A DNA stretch of 16,365 nt from Chthoniobacteraceae bacterium (GTDB lineage: Bacteria > Verrucomicrobiota > Verrucomicrobiia > Chthoniobacterales > Chthoniobacteraceae), in the NCBI GenBank assembly GCA_040081625.1, contig JBEBGD010000118.1, positions 1 through 16,365 on the forward strand, given 5' to 3'. A program made the position numbers and the translations under genes. Below, piece by piece: positions 16,232-16,365 of this stretch. Positions within the stretch are counted from its first letter, which is position 1. Each line of letters begins with the position of its first letter. The notes below the pieces were generated by a model. That model was not told where the DNA came from. It worked only from the letters and a program-made list of their open reading frames with translations, and made no database searches.

Positions 16232-16365
16232 CCGCGCCGATGACCATCGCCCAGATCCCCACCGATGTCGGCAAGCTCATCGACGAAGCCGCGATGCACG
16301 ATTTCAAGTGGTGGTTTGCCGCCGTCTCCATCCTGCTCATCTGCTCGGGCACGATCGTCTTCAAG
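16228..16365 (+). CDS. Membrane protein, putative holin (partial, runs off window)
   Basis: ATGA overlap with the fibre stop. MTAPMTIAQIPTDVGKLIDEAAMHDFKWWFAAVSILLICSGTIVFK contains one hydrophobic helix, and its position after the fibre suggests the start of a lysis cassette. Confidence 0.55.
   Translation, partial: MTAPMTIAQIPTDVGKLIDEAAMHDFKWWFAAVSILLICSGTIVFK

Larger units (their letters stand above)
147..16365 (+). mobile_element. Phage/prophage virion morphogenesis (neck-tail-lysis) module, siphovirus-like
   Basis: Co-directional, tightly overlapping genes. These include a tape measure protein, a frameshifting tail assembly chaperone and a tail fibre with classical phage repeats. No integrase or att site is in the window, so free phage versus prophage cannot be decided. 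Confidence 0.93.

Noticed and set aside
1..16365. CRISPR array, tRNA, rRNA, IS or integrase
   Set aside because: No repeat-spacer periodicity, RNA gene signatures, or transposase/integrase motifs were seen.

Overview
GC-rich tail-morphogenesis module of a tailed phage or prophage, with all credible genes on the + strand. No sheath or wedge genes are visible, so the tail is probably long and non-contractile. Gene order: 5'-broken head-decoration-like gene, intrinsic terminator, small Zn-finger protein, head-closure-like and tail-terminator-like genes, beta-rich hypothetical, short tail tube, hypothetical, tail assembly chaperone with a clear -1 frameshift signal, displaced neck-like gene, tape measure protein, distal-tail-position gene, two paralogous tail-tip genes, 1000-aa mosaic protein, three tandem paralogues with variable N-terminal and conserved C-terminal domains, mosaic tail fibre, and the start of a holin-like gene. 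The most notable unexplained signals are a TTGACA motif found at five gene boundaries that does not fit a normal sigma70 promoter, the three-gene variable-head/constant-anchor array, and an apparent breakpoint near position 146. Product calls come from motif recognition and synteny only; no database searches were run.
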